Of a stretch of DNA of 64,000 nt, positions 62,266-64,000 are shown in pieces. The notes below the pieces were generated by a model. It made no database searches. It was not told the origin of the DNA and saw nothing but the letters and a program-made list of their open reading frames with translations. Source of the DNA: Spironucleus salmonicida. Lineage: Eukaryota. The stretch spans positions 930,001 to 994,000 of the forward strand of contig NC_090599.1 in NCBI RefSeq assembly GCF_000497125.1, read 5' to 3'. Positions within the stretch are counted from its first letter, which is position 1, and every line of letters begins with the position of its first letter. The translations under genes and the position numbers were made by a program.

Positions 62266-63334
62266 GGCATAAGCGTTTCGGAGAAGGTGTTGTTCGCGAC
62301 CAGCAGGGGGACTGCCGACAGGGACTCGATGATGACCATGTAGACGTTCGGCATCTCTCCCGGCTGCTCCCTGCCTTGGGGCGCCGGGCCTCGCACTGGT
62401 TGAACTGGCAGTAGCTCGCCTCGTCCCCCACCACGAACGGGAACTGGACGCTGTCGCGGTTGTCGATGTAGAACAGGCCCGGCGGCAGCTCAACGCTCTG
62501 GCGCTCGTCCCGGATCAACGCCTGCAGCCTCGCCTCCGGCAGGTGGTAGCGCGTCAGCGACTTGAGCATGTTCCAGTGCCCTGGCGCCGCCTCGGCCAGC
62601 TGCCCGTAGGGGAAGGCGATGAAGGAGGCGAATAGTGCGACCGCGACGAGGGAGAGCAGGGCCCCAACAGGGCCGGCCGCCCGTCGGACTCTCCGCGTTG
62701 CCGAGGATATCTTGGCGGTCTGCATGTCCATCTCGCTCCCGAGCCCGGCGCTGACGGCCTGCAGCACAAAGTTGTGCGGGGCAGCTGGCCGGACCAGAAA
62801 CGAGGATACTACGTGCTTCCGTCCGATCAGCACCAGCAGGAGCGCCAGCCCGACCGAGCCGATGACGATCGACGACAGCAGCACCCAGTGGATGATGTCC
62901 CTTCCGATGGCCAGCAGAAGCGTGGCGAGCGTGTTGGAGGAGGTCTTCTCGCCCGCGACTAGCAGCGTGCTGGGGAACAGGGTCGGCACGCCGAGGATGT
63001 AGCTCTTGAACAGCGAGAACCTGGCGATGCCCTGCATCTCGCGCCCCAGCTCGGTGTCGTAGATGCAGACCACCATGAAGAGCACCGCGAGGTAGAGCAC
63101 CACGCACGTCGGGACGGCTCTGGCGACCTTCGCCTTGGCGCCAAGCAACTGGAGCGCGGCGAGCACGGACGCCAGCAGGCACGCGTCCAGCACGTTCACG
63201 AGCACCGCGAGCAGGAAAAGCGCCCGCTGCGAGATCTGCTGGTTCTCGGCTGGCCCTAGCATGAAGCACTTCAGCCCTGCGATGAGGGAGGTGAAGACGG
63301 CATAGAGCACCAGCACAGACAGCGCCGCATGCAT
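62266..63334 (-). pseudogene. LTA synthase-like gene copy 3: intact N-terminal TM region, 3' truncated
   Basis: MHAALSVLVLYAV...; carries 1 nt and 36 nt absent from copies 1/2; homology ends at 62266. Confidence 0.75.
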
Positions 63335-64000
63335 ATTATGGAGCGTAGGGTGTAGACCCGGCGGCGGGCTAGAGCGGAGCGCTGGATGGTTGCCATGCAA
63401 ACCAGGCAGACCCGCATGCAAAGTGCCCGATGCCAGCTGGCTGGTGATTATCTTGAGGTTTCCCGTCCAAGTTCCGTTCCCTATGCCGCTGCGCCAAGCC
63501 GAGGGTCCCGCCGCGGTGCCTTTGGCCGGCATGCGAGTCGGAGGGAAGAATTACCTTCTCTGGCCGCGCCGGAGGTAGCAAAATTCCACCAACGGCAACT
63601 CTATTTGCCCATGCTGGTGTGCAGCTAGCCCATAGTTACGTGCTTCCGTGCTTTGGCCAGGCTAGGGGATTGCGCTGGGGTGGCTTCGGAATATGCGGCT
63701 GCTTGCTATGCTGGCACCCTGTTCGTATGCCCGGTCCCGCAAAGCGCTCGTGCGGTTATGGAGCTGGCAGCCGGGAGCTGGGTGAGGAGTCATGCCAGCG
63801 AGGGTGCTGGCTCAGGCTGTCCGTCCAAAAATGGCGCACACTTATTTATTGCCTCTCCTAAAAAATTATCCATATTAACTAATACCACCATGACAACTTC
63901 TAAACCTCATAATTTTTATAAAATCATATATTTGATACTAATCACTTAATATTTTTACTAGGTCCTACAAAATCTTTGTGTAAAGGAAGTACGTGTAGTA

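Larger units (their letters stand above)
61476..64000. repeat. Local inverted repeat: 61476-62071 vs 63405-64000 (continues beyond window)
   Basis: Mirrored ORF-track pairs with sum 125476; last bases of window are the reverse complement of 61476-61485. Confidence 0.9.

Noticed and set aside
23040-63949. Numerous overlapping Arg/Ala/Pro-rich ORFs on alternative frames and strands
   Set aside because: Shadow ORFs of GC3-rich genes

Overview
Eukaryotic DNA that uses a non-standard code (TAA/TAG = Gln, TGA the only stop), so the supplied ORF track fragments real genes and misses others. Intronless GC-rich genes, AT-rich spacers, cysteine-rich membrane proteins (CRMP/VSP-like) and AGTGA at several stops point to a hexamitine diplomonad (Spironucleus/Hexamita/Trepomonas type; inferred). 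The main discovery is a ~17.7-kb, very AT-rich element (3397-21101) bounded by ~1.26-kb terminal inverted repeats (TIRs). Hand-translated with TAR=Gln it is densely packed with Nucleocytoviricota-type genes: an AEP primase-SF3 helicase (D5/C962R-like), an A32-type packaging ATPase, a D6/D11-type SF2 helicase (ASFV D1133L-like), a FEN1/XPG-like nuclease, three paralogous beta-helix-like proteins, two unknown proteins and one gene duplicated inside the TIRs. I could not recognise a PolB, integrase or major capsid gene. The rest of the window is a giant inverted duplication (arms 21567-35978 and 42171-56581, continued by 1-1242 and 56582-57822). Its right arm lacks the whole 1243-21566 block, giving an 'empty site'. 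The arms carry CRMPs, a Myb factor, a frameshifted LTA-synthase/sulfatase-like gene and hypothetical genes; the spacer holds an alpha-adaptin. All translations and family assignments were made by eye, with no database search.
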